Source of the DNA: Camelus dromedarius
Lineage: Eukaryota
Assembly: GCF_036321535.1 (NCBI RefSeq)
Contig: NC_087437.1
Span: 11,968,001 to 12,032,000 of the forward strand
Length of the DNA: 64,000 nt
Direction: 5' to 3'
Shown: one piece after another, positions 1 to 11,005 of the stretch
Numbering within the stretch: the first letter of the stretch is position 1
How the letters are laid out: every line of letters starts with the position of its first letter
Translations under genes and position numbers: made by a program
The notes under the pieces: generated by a model
What the model was told of the DNA's origin: nothing
Seen by the model: the letters and a program-made list of their open reading frames with translations, nothing else
Databases searched by the model: none

Positions 1-200
1 TTTATTTTCTGGTTTGTGTGAATTCATTACGGCAGTGGTAGAAAACAAATGCAGGCTCCAAATCAATAAGTTTGGCTTAGAAACATAGATGATTAAGGAT
101 GAGGTTAATGATTGACAACAGAGAAATGGTGATCGCTATGGACAAAGCATTCAGAGCCTTTCTAATGCCACCTGCTAGGGTCACTGGTGACCAAGGGGCC

Positions 201-803
201 TTTATTAGTTTTCCATCACTGCCTGAATAAATTAACACAAACTTAGTGGCTGAAAACATCCCAAGTTTATTATCGTATAGCCTCTGTAGGTGAGAAGTCC
301 AGGCAGGCCTGGCTGGATATTCTGCTTAGGGTCTCACAAGGCCCAAAATCCAGGGGTGGCCAGCCTGGCTTTTATCTGGAAAGAATTTGCTTCCAGGCTC
401 ACTCATGTGGTTGGGAGAATTCAGTTCCATGTGGTTGGAACTGAGGTCCTCACTTCCTTGTGGGCTGTCAACTGGGAATCAGGCTCAACTTGTGGAGGCA
501 TTTCTTGGCTCATGGACCCTTCCATCTTCAAAACCAGCAAGAGTGGGCTCAGTCCTCCTCACGCATCTAATCTCTCTGACTCTCTTTCCCCATATCTCTC
601 CGGCCTCCAGCCAGAGAAAGTTCTCTGCTTCATAAGGGTTCATGTGCTTAGACCGAGCCCACGCAGATAATCCAGGATATTCTCCCATTTCAGGGTCAGC
701 TGATGAGTGACCTTAATTACATCTGCAACGTCCCCTTTCCCAAGTCAGGTAATATGTTCACAGGAGTGACATTAGACAGCAGGGGCCAGAACTTTGTCTA
801 CCT
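201..803 (-). mobile_element. MaLR LTR, MLT1E-like
   Basis: Reverse-strand MLT1 hallmarks: 'attagttttcc...acaaacttagtggctgaaaaca...tttattat', 'ttccaggctcactcatgtggttgggagaattcagttcc', 'ccttaattacatctgcaa'. Subfamily from memory. Confidence 0.8.
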
Positions 804-1039
804 TGGGAATATCCTTGTCAACTGAGACAGACCAGATGAGCTGGCAAGGAGGTTGGCTTGAACCCTCTCCACTTTTGGGGAAGGAGAAAGTGCTGTTGTT
901 TTAGTACGTCTTGTATAAGAGCCACTGCAGATTACAGACAGTACTAAAACAAAACAAAACAAAACCCGATTATGTAATTTTGTGAGACATGGCCTCCAAA
1001 AAGCAAGCTCGAGAAAACAAGGAAATGTTCTTGTCCTGT

Positions 1040-1335
1040 GGTAGAACATTCAAAGGCCTGCAGGGGTCAGGGTCAAGAAGAGAGGCGGCCCAGTTCCAGG
1101 TACTGGCTTCGCTCCGAAGCAGTTTCAGCCTCCTGTTGACAAATGTCTGACTTGAAATGATGGTTTAGAAATCTGGAATTTTGTGTGGGTCTGGAAATCT
1201 GTGTAAAATCTCCAGGGTTGTTGTTATTTTTTTTTTAATGCCAACTAAAGCAAACTTAAAAATAATCTTAGCACCCAAACTTAATATATTGGGGGACTAA
1301 ATTTGGCACATGGGCTGCCAGTTAGCAATTTACGG
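1040..1335. mobile_element. hAT-Charlie DNA transposon, MER102-like
   Basis: 'agaaatctggaatttt...gtaaaatctcc' and terminal 'atttggcacatgggctgccagttagcaa' resemble MER102. Confidence 0.55.
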
Positions 1336-1944
1336 TTTTACTCATACTGGGTGAAGTCCATGTGCGAGTGAAAAAGGTATTTAATATGGTGGAAAATACT
1401 CGCGTAGGAACTGGCATTGAGAAAGATGTTAAAGTGTTCCAGGGTACTAAGGCTAGGAAATTTTGGGCTTCCAGATGTGACAGTGTGACTTAATGATCTA
1501 CTTTTATTAACCTACAGTAAAAAACAAAACAAAACAAAAACCCCCTACCTCCCCCCCAAAAAACCCAGGGAGATAATTAATGCCATAATTGTGTTTCCAG
1601 AGTGATTAACCCTACCCAAGTGTCTAGAATACCACTTTTTCTTAGTTGATACTCCTCAGGTTTGCACAAACAAAAGGGATCAGGAAAAATGTGATGAATT
1701 ATTCCCTGAATTTGAAGGAGTGTGAAGGGACAGTTTGGATAATCCATGCACAGATCCCAGTCTGTAGAAAATTATATTTGTCTTCAGGGATAGGGAGAAT
1801 ATCCTTTTAAAACACTGATTTAAAAGAAAAATTTATATTTACAATGTATCAAAGGGCGTAAGGAGGCCCAGACATTTTATTCTACAGATTGAGTTTGAGG
1901 TTCACAAGGTTTTTATAAATATCTCCAGCTGGGTAGGAACAGAG

Positions 1945-2105
1945 GCGATAGGATGGTGTAATTGTTGAGAAAACAGCAATATGAGTCAAACTAAGTGGAC
2001 TTTGAATTCAGACTCGGTTTCCTCACCTGCAAAATGGGATCATCAACACTGAGCTCAGAGGTGGTGGTGAAGATTAAATGGACTGATGCATTTAAAGCAC
2101 TTGGG
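1945..2105 (+). mobile_element. MIR SINE
   Basis: Core 'ctcggtttcctcacctgcaaaatggga...gtgaagattaaatg...aaagcactt'. Confidence 0.75.
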
Positions 2106-2734
2106 TTCTTATTACATGATTCTAGATTGGGGCAGCCAGTATTTTATCCACCACCATCAATTCATGCTGTGGATTTAAAAATGACAGAATGTGTAACTGC
2201 CCACATAGCAGCAGTGTTTACCTGCCCTGTAGCAAATGAAGTGAGCATGTAAAGGCATGGTTGAGTTAGAATTCCAACACTGGGTTGAAGTTTCATCTCT
2301 TCTTGGCCACTTGCTGCCTTTGTTGAGGTGGATGGAGGGTTTCCTTTTTCCCAGAAATTCCCAGCATGGAGTGTTGCTGTGGTTTCGTAGCAACACTTTT
2401 GGATTCTGTGTCCAAGGACCTGGATCCAGGCACTGCCTTTACAGCATTCCAGCCCAGCTGGAGGAATATGGGAAAGACACACATCATCTGGGCTTTAGAC
2501 TCCTTTTGTATCAAATAGAAAAACCAAGGTTTCTTATTCACGATGGGCTGAAAAGGATTGCTGGAGGCAATGTACATAAATACTATATATGGATTTGAAG
2601 TCTAAATGGCTAGCATTTGCTGCTTTACCTACTGGGCCATTTTCTTTGGTCTGGCATGAGTAAGAGGAAAAGAAAAATGTGAAAATGGAGCACAAGTGTG
2701 AAGATGACACCCAGCACAGCCACTACAGAATCAT

Positions 2735-2960
2735 TTAATAAACATTTATTGAGCATCTATCCTGTTTCAGCTATGCTGGGTGTTGGGGATAAAAACAAAA
2801 TGACACACACAAGCCAGTGACGTGGTGCCTGTGCTCCTGGAGGTTGTGTTCTAGCTGGGAAGATAAACATCGTAATGCACTGTAGTACACATGCTGACTC
2901 AGGCTCTTGCAAAGGGTTTTGGAGAGCAGTGGGGGCAGCAGTGTGGGGAGAGACTCTAGG
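2735..2960 (-). mobile_element. L2 LINE 3' fragment
   Basis: 'aataaacatttattgagcatcta...tgctgggtgttggggata' is the reverse of the L2 3' end. Confidence 0.65.
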
Positions 2961-5199
2961 AAAACATTTTAAGTAAAATATCATGATAATATTTTCTAGC
3001 TGGAGATTGGTATCCAGGAGATGCTCTAAAAGACAAAAAAAAAAAAAAATCAACCAAACAAAACGAAATGTTTGCCAACTTGCTTTCTTGAACTTTAGTT
3101 ATTCAGTTGAGCAAGTTCATTGATATTTTCCCAGTCCTTCCACCTCAGGTCATATATTTCTAAGGTCATATTATATGAGATTTCAAAATAGAATTAGACA
3201 AAAAGAAATTTACCTGCCATAGCCCTAGTGGTAACATCAACATTGATTGTACACAAAAAGACATATGCAAACCCTGTTCTTTGGCCGTGGCACATGGCCA
3301 TGAACTTGTAATTGGTCAGAATTACCGCCTAGATGACAGTTATGGTAACTTTCTCAAAATGCTGTCATGAGTCAGAAAGGCTGTTCCAGAAGGTGTGTTG
3401 TAGTTTTGATGACTGTGAAATACCATAAAGTATTTTAGCAAGGTCAAGCTTAGAACCAGATTTCAAAGAAAAAAAATTAAACCAAATTTATAGTAACCCC
3501 TTAAATCAAAATTAAATGCTATTGTGTCCTCACATTTTAGATGAGTAGAAAAAGTAGACTGACAGCATGCAAGTGAATTACATAATTCTAATACTAATAA
3601 TCCTTTATAATTTAACAAATAACAACTAATAAAATAACTTACTATTAGTAAAATCATTAGCAAGTATTTTATAACTATAAATAGGAGTTTTTAATGGATT
3701 GTAATAGGTTTAGAAACAATTAAAGTAGAGAAATTTTATAAATTGTTATTTAAAATGTATTTATTAATGTATACATTTTGTGAGTTTTATATTTATTGTC
3801 TTTTATATTATTACATGAAGCTAAACATGAATGAACCTATTGGAAAATGGCTTTTTTTCGAGTTTTAATAATCAGAAGACAGAAAATATATTCCCGGACC
3901 TTTGTTTTTAATTGATGTGGTCTATTTTCGTGCTCCAAAGGCCTAATGATGCATTAAGAATGCCCCATTTTTGTTGGTTCGATTTTCTATTGAGCAACAG
4001 TCCTGAGAGTAATAGGATGAAGCAGGGGGAGGAAAGACTGAGAACTGCCCAAGTCTGGCTACAGTTATGGAAATAAGCAAATGATGAGACATAATTCAGG
4101 TCATTTTCATTTTTAGTTCTTATCAGAGATTCATTGTATTTAGATATAAAACACTGAAACTATTCCATTATAAATTCAACGCTATAGTTAGATCAGCATA
4201 TTTAAACAAACTTCAAAATGGAGTTATTTTATCATTTTGAGTTATTTCCCATATGGAAGAAGTGCCAATTGGGCTGCAAATTATAGAGGATTATCTTCTT
4301 ACCTTATAAGCATTAGTAATATGAATATTATTTTGTGAGGAATTTGATTTGGGGGCTGAGAGAGTGATCTCATTAGCACCAGACTCCCTTGGCTAATAAT
4401 CTCATGACTATGGGATATATATTAAATCCTTTTCTATTTATATTCTTTGGCAGGCCGTAATTCATTGTTATTGTGGAGATTTTGCTAAGTAATAGTTCTC
4501 CTGAGAAATCGTGGGTGCTTTCTGAGGTCATGATTCCCCGGGAGCTTAAAGAGCGGGCCATTTGCGTCCTCTCCTGTTAAGAACCCACTCTGTACCCATT
4601 TTCTTTACACATACTTTATTTGCAAGGTTTCTGACACTCCTTTCTTCCACGAGTGATATATCACTCTTTATTTTGTGAAATAAAATTGATTAGAGGAAAC
4701 AATAAACATAATTCTTAAAGCGTGAAACCCAATATATTGTGAAAACTTGGCTGGGCTACCCTGGCAATCGTCATACGCTGGTTCTCTGGAGACTGCTGGG
4801 CTGGGGCCGAGGCCTCCTGGTAAACTGTCCTCACAGTATTTCTTTTTATGCTGGAAGGAGTTTCACCCTTGGCCTTTATTGTTACTGTTTCGCTCTGGCA
4901 CAATAAAAATCCATCACGTTCCAGATACTGATACCTGTTCATTGCTGTCGGGTCATTGCCAGAAGGTGAAAACCCACTAATACGGTGTTGGTTGCTGTTT
5001 TTAAACATCTGTCTAGAGGTTTTAATGATAGCTATGTTTTCAACAATTGGATTAATTGAGCAGTGCTGCTGAGCAGAGAGTCGTATATTAGATTGTACTG
5101 GGTTTCAGGGGCCAAGTGAAAGGCAACTCATTTTAAAATCTGTGGACTTTTAAACAATCTATTTCCAGGCAGAAGTCAGTCTAAATGGATGAGGAAACA

Positions 5200-5415
5200 G
5201 TGGTGGGGGGGTAGGCAAAATGTGGATTTTAAAAGATTTAGAGACTTCATTTCAAATCTTACCTTTACTAGCTCTGGGGCTGCAGACAAGTCACATTACT
5301 CTGAATTTAAGCCTTCTCACCTGGGAAAGAGATGTCGTAGCTCCTACCTTGAGGATTTCTGGAATTTACATAGGCAAAGTACCTGGCGTGTCATAGACTC
5401 ATCACACAAGGTGAA
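5200..5415 (+). mobile_element. MIR SINE
   Basis: 'ttcaaatcttacctttactagct...gacaagtcacattactctga' and later MIR core. Confidence 0.6.
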
Positions 5416-5524
5416 TCGCATATGCTCACTGGCTTATAGGCACACGTAGACTTGCAGACCTACCTCCTACCTGCCCGCACAACAGCAGACTCATGTTTCC
5501 AGTCGGCATGAAGACTAGGTAAAC

Positions 5525-5692
5525 CTTTCACCACTTGGAGTTTGGTCCTTAGAGAAGCAGCATCAGCATCACCTGAGAGCTGGTGAGAAATGCAGAGTCT
5601 CGGGCCTGACCCCAGACCTGCTGAGTCAGAAGCTGTGTTTTAACAAGGTCCCCAGGTGGTTGTGCACGTGGCCAAGTTTGAGGAGTGCTGGC
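5525..5692. mobile_element. MER5A (hAT-Charlie)
   Basis: 'gcagcatcagcatcacctgagagctggtgagaaatgcaga...ttttaacaaggtccccaggtg...aagtttgag'. Confidence 0.8.
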
Positions 5693-5699
5693 ATTTCCC

Positions 5700-5915
5700 T
5701 CCTAACAATGTTGAGCTGTTGTGATCTATGTCATTCGTGTCTCCTCACCACTCACCTGTTGTCTGGTGATGCTGGGGGGACAGGCACATGCAAGGCATTC
5801 CCCCAGCACCTGTCCGTGGGGGGCAGATGAGCTCCCGGTCCCTACACATCCAGGGGACAGCCCTCAGCATCGGGTCTGGCACAAGGAGAACCTCAATAAA
5901 TGTTTATTGGGTGAA
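5700..5915 (+). mobile_element. L2 LINE 3' end
   Basis: 'cagcatcgggtctggcacaaggagaacctcaataaatgtttattgggtgaa'. Confidence 0.55.
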
Positions 5916-7079
5916 ATCAAGCCACCAATAGGCAGACAAGCAGAGTCTCCCATCTGTTCTGCAGACGCACAGCAGCCCTCGGAGGGCCTGGAGAGAGACA
6001 GATGTGCTTGCGGTCCTTGCCAGGAGGCATTACCCAAGCCCGGCAGGGAGGAGGGCTTGGCTCACTGCCGCTCCTGCCAGGAGATCTGCAGAGCTCGGGA
6101 GAATCTGTTGGATGTGTGTGGTGGGAACAAAGGGAGCGCCTGTTCTTCTTCCAGTGCCCTGCACGACCGGGGGCGGGGGGGGGGGGGCGCCTCTGTGCTT
6201 TGGGAGCAGTTTTCTTCTGATGATAGTCTTTCTTGCTCAGAAGGGACAGAGGAGTATACGCTGGCATCTTACAGTTCCCCGTCTGTGACCGACTGGCCTG
6301 GGTCTCAACACTTCTCTATTGGTTCCAAATTTCAAAGTTGCTGGTTCACCGGCTGGCATAGGGTATGGTTGCAGTAGGGTAACTGGGGAGCTGGTTTTGC
6401 CCAGACAGCGGTGGAGTTGAGGAGAGAGATTGCTGTCTTGTGTGCAGGCAGGAACAGGGAACTAGGCTCCTAAAGGTTTGGGAAATTGATTGTATTGCAT
6501 AATCTTGGGCAAATCAAATGTGTCATGTTCCTGTAACATTGTGATAAATATCACTTTATCAGCTATACCCAGGGTATAGTTCCGTGAAGTTCACCCCAAG
6601 GTCCCTGGACCCTAGAGGTCCGGAACCCCTCTTCCCAGCTCCCAGAGGGTTAATTCTCTAATGCTCCTCTTTCCCCTCCTCCCAAGACCAGTCTTGGCCA
6701 CACTGTCAAGTCAGGAGACTTCTTTTGGGTACCACCCCACCTCCCTTTCTGACTCTGCTCTAACCTTAGAAATCTGGTGAGCTCGTAATGACCGTCTTCA
6801 TCTTCAGCAAACTCCTGCTCCAACCTTGCCACACAATCTCTTCCTGTTCCTCTCTCCAACAATCAAAGCTCTCATTTACCCAGTGTGGCCGATCTCAGGT
6901 GGGAGTTAGGAGGGAAACAACCAGATTCATGCACATAAAAGAGTAGACTCTCCCTTAATTATTTGAAGGTTATTTTTTTTCTTTCTAACCTGGATGGAAT
7001 ATTTATTCATGGGAACTTGCAACAACCTGAGTGACATTTAAAGTAGCAGACAGCAAATTTTGGGGTAAAGAGGACATTG

Positions 7080-7505
7080 ATCAGTATAATAATTTGGCTA
7101 ATACCAGCTACAATAGCAGACAAATCCCCACATTTCAATGGCTTAATAAGTTAAACTTTATGTTACATGTAGGTAACAGTGTAATGATGACACACCTCAG
7201 CTGGGAGAAACCGTGGTGAGAAGGGTGGCTCCAGGCATTCAGGGATCCAAGCGGACAAAGGTCTGCTGTCTTCCATGTGTGCTTTCCTAGGCTGCCCTGG
7301 GTATTGGCAACCAGTTGGCAGTTTGGAAGAGAGAGAGGATCATGGCTGGGATGTATTTATGGGGTGAAGCTGGAGGAGGTATGCATGTTTTATACTTACC
7401 TTCCACTGTCAAAAGCTGCAACACGTGGCCAAGCTTAACTGCAAAGGAGCTGGGAAATGCAGCCTAGCTGGGTGCCAGGTTTGGTGATTCATCATTGCTG
7501 CCATC
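7080..7505 (-). mobile_element. MaLR LTR, MLT1I/J-like
   Basis: 'cacgtggccaagcttaactgcaaaggagctgggaaatgcagcctagctg' and 'attcagggatccaagc'. Confidence 0.7.
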
Positions 7506-7999
7506 CACATAGAAACTGCCCTGTTCCTTTTTCCTCTTTCTTCTGCAACTTCTCAGAGAGGTTCAGCGTTCCCTCCCTCTCTTGAGAGTCAACTGCGCAG
7601 CAAAAAGCTCTCCTCCACCCACCTGAAGAGCAAAAATAGAATCTTGACATGCCTCATTTTGATGGTCGCCAACAATTAAGCCAGTCTCGATTTCCTGTAT
7701 TTCACAAGCACGTTTCGAGAATTGATAAATGATTTTAGGTGATTATCATCCCTCTGATCATTGTCTTTGTCCTGTGCCTTTACAGTTTACATGGTGTAGG
7801 CACAGACTAATACAGCTGGGTGAGAGGCAGAGTGCTTTTTATTATCTGACCCATCATGAGAAGAAGCTGAGATACACACAGGTTAAAAGACATTTTCTGT
7901 CCAATACAACAGGGTCCCGCTTGCAACACCCTTTCCTTTATTACAATTTTTAAAAAGCTAGAATGAAAAGATATGATACAATAATTTTAAAAAAATTAA

Positions 8000-8110
8000 T
8001 GTGCAGGCTCTGGAATCTACCTGCTGAATGACTTCGGGCAAGTTAATTAGCCACTCTGTGTCTTCAATTCCCTAAAATTGGGACTAATCATAATAGCTAC
8101 TTCCTAGGCT
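8000..8110 (+). mobile_element. MIR fragment, truncated by LTR
   Basis: 'gacttcgggcaagttaattagccactctgtgtcttca...aaaattggg'. Confidence 0.6.
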
Positions 8111-8423
8111 GGTTACCGAAGGCAAATCTACATGCCTGATGCACCATGAAGCCAAAAAAACTGAAACGTTGGAGTTTGGAGCAGAGAAAGGTTTATTGGA
8201 GGGCCAAGCAAGGAGGACGGGGTGGCTCACACCCAAAAAAAACCCCAAACTCCTCGAAGGGTTTCAGCAAAGCTTATTTAAAGGGAGAGAGGTCACAGGT
8301 ACATGATCAGCTCATGTGCAGTTCTCTGGTTAATGTTGAGGTAACAGGGCGGTCAACATTGTCAACCCCTGGGTGCCAGTGAGTCTGGGGGACATGTGCT
8401 CTTGATCATTAAGTGGTCTTCCA
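8111..8423 (-). mobile_element. ERV LTR 3' half (left arm of palindrome)
   Basis: Reverse complement ends '...ttcggtaac'. AATAAA on the minus strand (8192-8197), TATA-like 'tttaaataag' on the minus strand. Aligns to 11963-12270. Confidence 0.85.
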
Positions 8424-8440
8424 CCACCAGACAACCAATA

Positions 8441-8782
8441 ACCACCAAACAGAAGAAATTAACTACTTGACGATCGAGAGCACGTGGCCCCCAGGCCTTC
8501 TGGTGCCTAGGGGTTGACAGTGTTGGCCACCCTGTTACCTCCACATCAACCAGTCAGAGAATTGTGCATGAGCTGATCACGTACCCTGCAAACCCCCTCT
8601 CTCACCTGGTCTTTAAATAAGCATTGCTGAAACCCTCCGAGGAGTTCGGGGTTTTCTTGGGCACGATCCACCCTGTCCTCCTTGCTCAGCCCTGCAGTAA
8701 ACCTTGCTCTGCTCCAAACTCCAACGTTTCAGTTTATTTGGCCTCATGGCGTGGCGAGCACACAGACTTGCCTTTGGTAACA
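8441..8782 (+). mobile_element. ERV LTR 3' half (right arm of palindrome)
   Basis: TATA-like 'ctttaaataagc' (8611-8622), AGTAAA near 8696, ends 'tttggtaaca'. Same family as 8111-8423 and 11963-12415. Confidence 0.85.
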
Positions 8783-8805
8783 TTCAGATGGGAGAGGAAG
8801 CGTCG

Positions 8806-9305
8806 TGTAGCAAAATATTTTAGAGGATTTATTTAGCAAAGGGAAAGTACAGCTTCAAGATCGGGGTACAGGCTGACCCAAGGGAGGAAAAGCAGTGGTC
8901 TTTGGTCTTTGCCCCTACTCTTATACTCTCCCTTGGGGTGGACTCTTGACTGACTGACAGCTCTTGCCCCTGGAGGGCTGTCACGCTCGTCTCCTTTTGC
9001 TCATGTCCTTACCCATGATGCACACAGAAAACCCCGAGGTGGGGTGGGGTGGGGCGGGGCGGCGGGTGGGTGGGTGGACTAAGCCAAAATGCTAATTATA
9101 TTATAATGAGCACTGGGTCATATCCGGTTAGGTCCTCGCTACTGCGCAGGTGCGGCCATCTGGTTCTAACCGGTTTCTTGCCGGAGCTCATTTAGAGAAA
9201 GGAACGCCCATTTATGCTGGAGGCGGGCACACCGCCATTTTCCAGAACTTTCTCCCTCTCCTCCACCTTATCTGCCTGGTGCCCCCACTTACCTAACTAC
9301 CTAAG
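8806..9305 (-). mobile_element. Solo ERV LTR of a second family
   Basis: Minus strand starts 'ttaggtagttaggt', has 'gtataagag' then 'aataaa', ends '...ttttgctaca'. About 500 bp, CpG-rich. Confidence 0.65.
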
Positions 9306-9580
9306 CTGTTAAATAGGTAGGAGTCAAGCTTTTCCAGCAGCTGCAGGCAATAAATGCTGTCCTGTGTTCGGAAGGTGCGGAAACTGTCGGCAAAGGGCAG
9401 GGACTCCGAGGTCTGGCGGCGGCCGGTGGCTGTGTCCAGGTGGCCTTCGTGGGCTGTGGGGGCTTCCCCTGCGCGACTGCCTCCCCGGAGGGACCAGGAG
9501 GCCTTAAGTTCTCAGAGCCAGTGCAAATGCTCCTTCACCGGCAGCGACAGAGCTTCATGTCCTTGGGTTTGGAGGTAAGT
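9040..9580 (+). promoter_or_regulatory. Candidate CpG-rich promoter / non-coding first exon
   Basis: GC boxes (ggggcggggc near 9051-9060), NRF1-like 'tgcgcaggtgcg', YY1 'ccgccatttt' (9232-9241), many CpGs, donor GAG|GTAAGT at 9574/9575. Motif evidence only. Confidence 0.3.
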
Positions 9581-9754
9581 TGTTTTCTCCATTCTGACTC
9601 TGAAGCTGTGAGAAAATAAACTTTCTTCTTCGTTTATGGTTACAGTAAAAATGAAATAAATAAATAAATAAAAGGAAGAGAAGGGCATAGAATGCTGGTT
9701 CTGAGGAGATAAAGCGGTTGTAGGTGCACGCAGGACGCAGACTTAACAGCCCCA

Positions 9755-9925
9755 GTATCAGTGTGCCTCAGACTTCGCTGTGCAAGTGAATCGCTAGGGG
9801 ATCCTGGGAAAGTGCGGTCCTGGCTCAGCGGGTCTGAGGTGGAGCCCGAGAGTCTGGATTTCTCACACGCTGCCCTGTGATTTGGATGCTACTGATCTGG
9901 GATCCCACTTTGAGAAGCAAAGTAC
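9755..9925. mobile_element. MER5-family hAT element
   Basis: 'gaatcgctagggg...gggtctgaggtggagcccgagagtctggatttct...gatcccactttgagaagca'. Confidence 0.7.
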
Positions 9926-10065
9926 TGCACTGTTTCGTTGCTGCGATTTTGTTTTGTTCGGGTTTGTTATTGTTTTGGTTTTTTTTAAGAGGCAAGGTCA
10001 TGGAATAAAGGCAGCCAGTTCTCCCAGAATGGAGAAGCTGGGACCCTTTAAAACACTGGTTCAGT

Positions 10066-10232
10066 GGGGAGGATATAGCTCAGTGGTAGAGCACATGCTT
10101 AGCATGTGCTTAGCATGCACGAGGCCCTGGGTTCAGTCCCCAGTACTTCCATTAAAAATAAATAAATAAAATAAAAAATAAATCCAATCCCCCCAAAAGC
10201 TTAATTTAAAAAAAAGTTAAAAAACCCAAACA
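10066..10232 (+). mobile_element. tRNA-Ala-derived SINE (Vic-1-like, camelid)
   Basis: 'ggggaggatatagctcagtggtagagc' A box, 'gggttcagtccc' B box, AGC anticodon region, A-rich tail. Confidence 0.9.
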
Positions 10233-10234
10233 AA

Positions 10235-10410
10235 AGGGGGTTTAACATGTGTGATCCCAGCGAGTCAGCATCTGCATCACCCGGGAATGTGTTAGGAGTG
10301 CAAGAGGGGTCCCTTCTGAGACGACCTCAGATTTGGAGGGTGGGGCCAGAAGTCTGTGTTCACAAGCCCTGCAGGTGATTCTCATGCAGTGAAGGTTTGA
10401 GAACCGTTGC
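10235..10410. mobile_element. MER5A (hAT-Charlie)
   Basis: 'cagcatctgcatcacccgggaatgtgttag...acaagccctgcaggtgattct...ggtttgagaaccgttg'. Confidence 0.75.
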
Positions 10411-10743
10411 ACTCTGAGTAGCCACCTCTGGTTTTGAAAGTTCTGGTGATGATGCAGCCAACCCCATAGGATGGCTCTGGGCTCCTGGAGCTCGTCTCCT
10501 GGTCTCTCTGCTCAGTTTCAAACTGGATTTCTTGGGCTGTTATGTCCTGGTGTGTCAGGCTTGGGTGTGGAGAAAGATGGTTCTTCAAAGGCTTAGACTG
10601 CTTTCCTTATGTGGGGACTACAAAACCAAATGCATCTCCAAATAAAGCCTAGGAAATTGTTTCAGGGTGCAGTGATTCTTAAGTGGCTGTGAGAGTCAGG
10701 CCTTCCTGTCGGGAACTTCCTTTGGTTGTGATGTTGGGATAAA

Positions 10744-10842
10744 TAGGCTGATCAGCTGTCCAGATGTGCCTACACCTGAGAGGTTTTCCACAGCACAGGA
10801 CTCGCAGTGCTTCCCCCAGGCCCTGGACAGTCGGTCACCCTA
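10744..10842. mobile_element. MER94-like (hAT-Blackjack)
   Basis: Inverted ends 'taggctgatcagctgtcc' / 'ggacagtcggtcacccta'. Confidence 0.6.
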
Positions 10843-10849
10843 ATTGTGG

Positions 10850-11005
10850 CTATTGCTTGTCCAGCTGTAAGGTGGGAATCATTGGAGATCTTGTTAAAAT
10901 GCAAGCTCTGATTTAGTGCTCCTAGGTTGGAGCTGGAGAGTCTGCATTTCCATCAAGTCCGCAGGTGACATCCCTCTGCTGATCTGTGGACCGTGCTCGG
11001 GTAGC
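10850..11005. mobile_element. MER5-family hAT element
   Basis: 'gaatcattggagatcttgttaaaatgcaa...tctgcatttcc...gatctgtggacc'. Confidence 0.65.

Noticed and set aside
5721..6377. Longest ORF (218 aa)
   Set aside because: GTG start, overlaps an L2 end and a poly-G run, no recognisable domain; overlapping ORFs in other frames point to GC-rich chance.
10066..10152. tRNA-Ala(AGC) gene (also at 36.4, 40.3 and 41.0 kb)
   Set aside because: Mutated stems, A-rich tails, a TSD on one copy and multiple diverged copies indicate SINEs.
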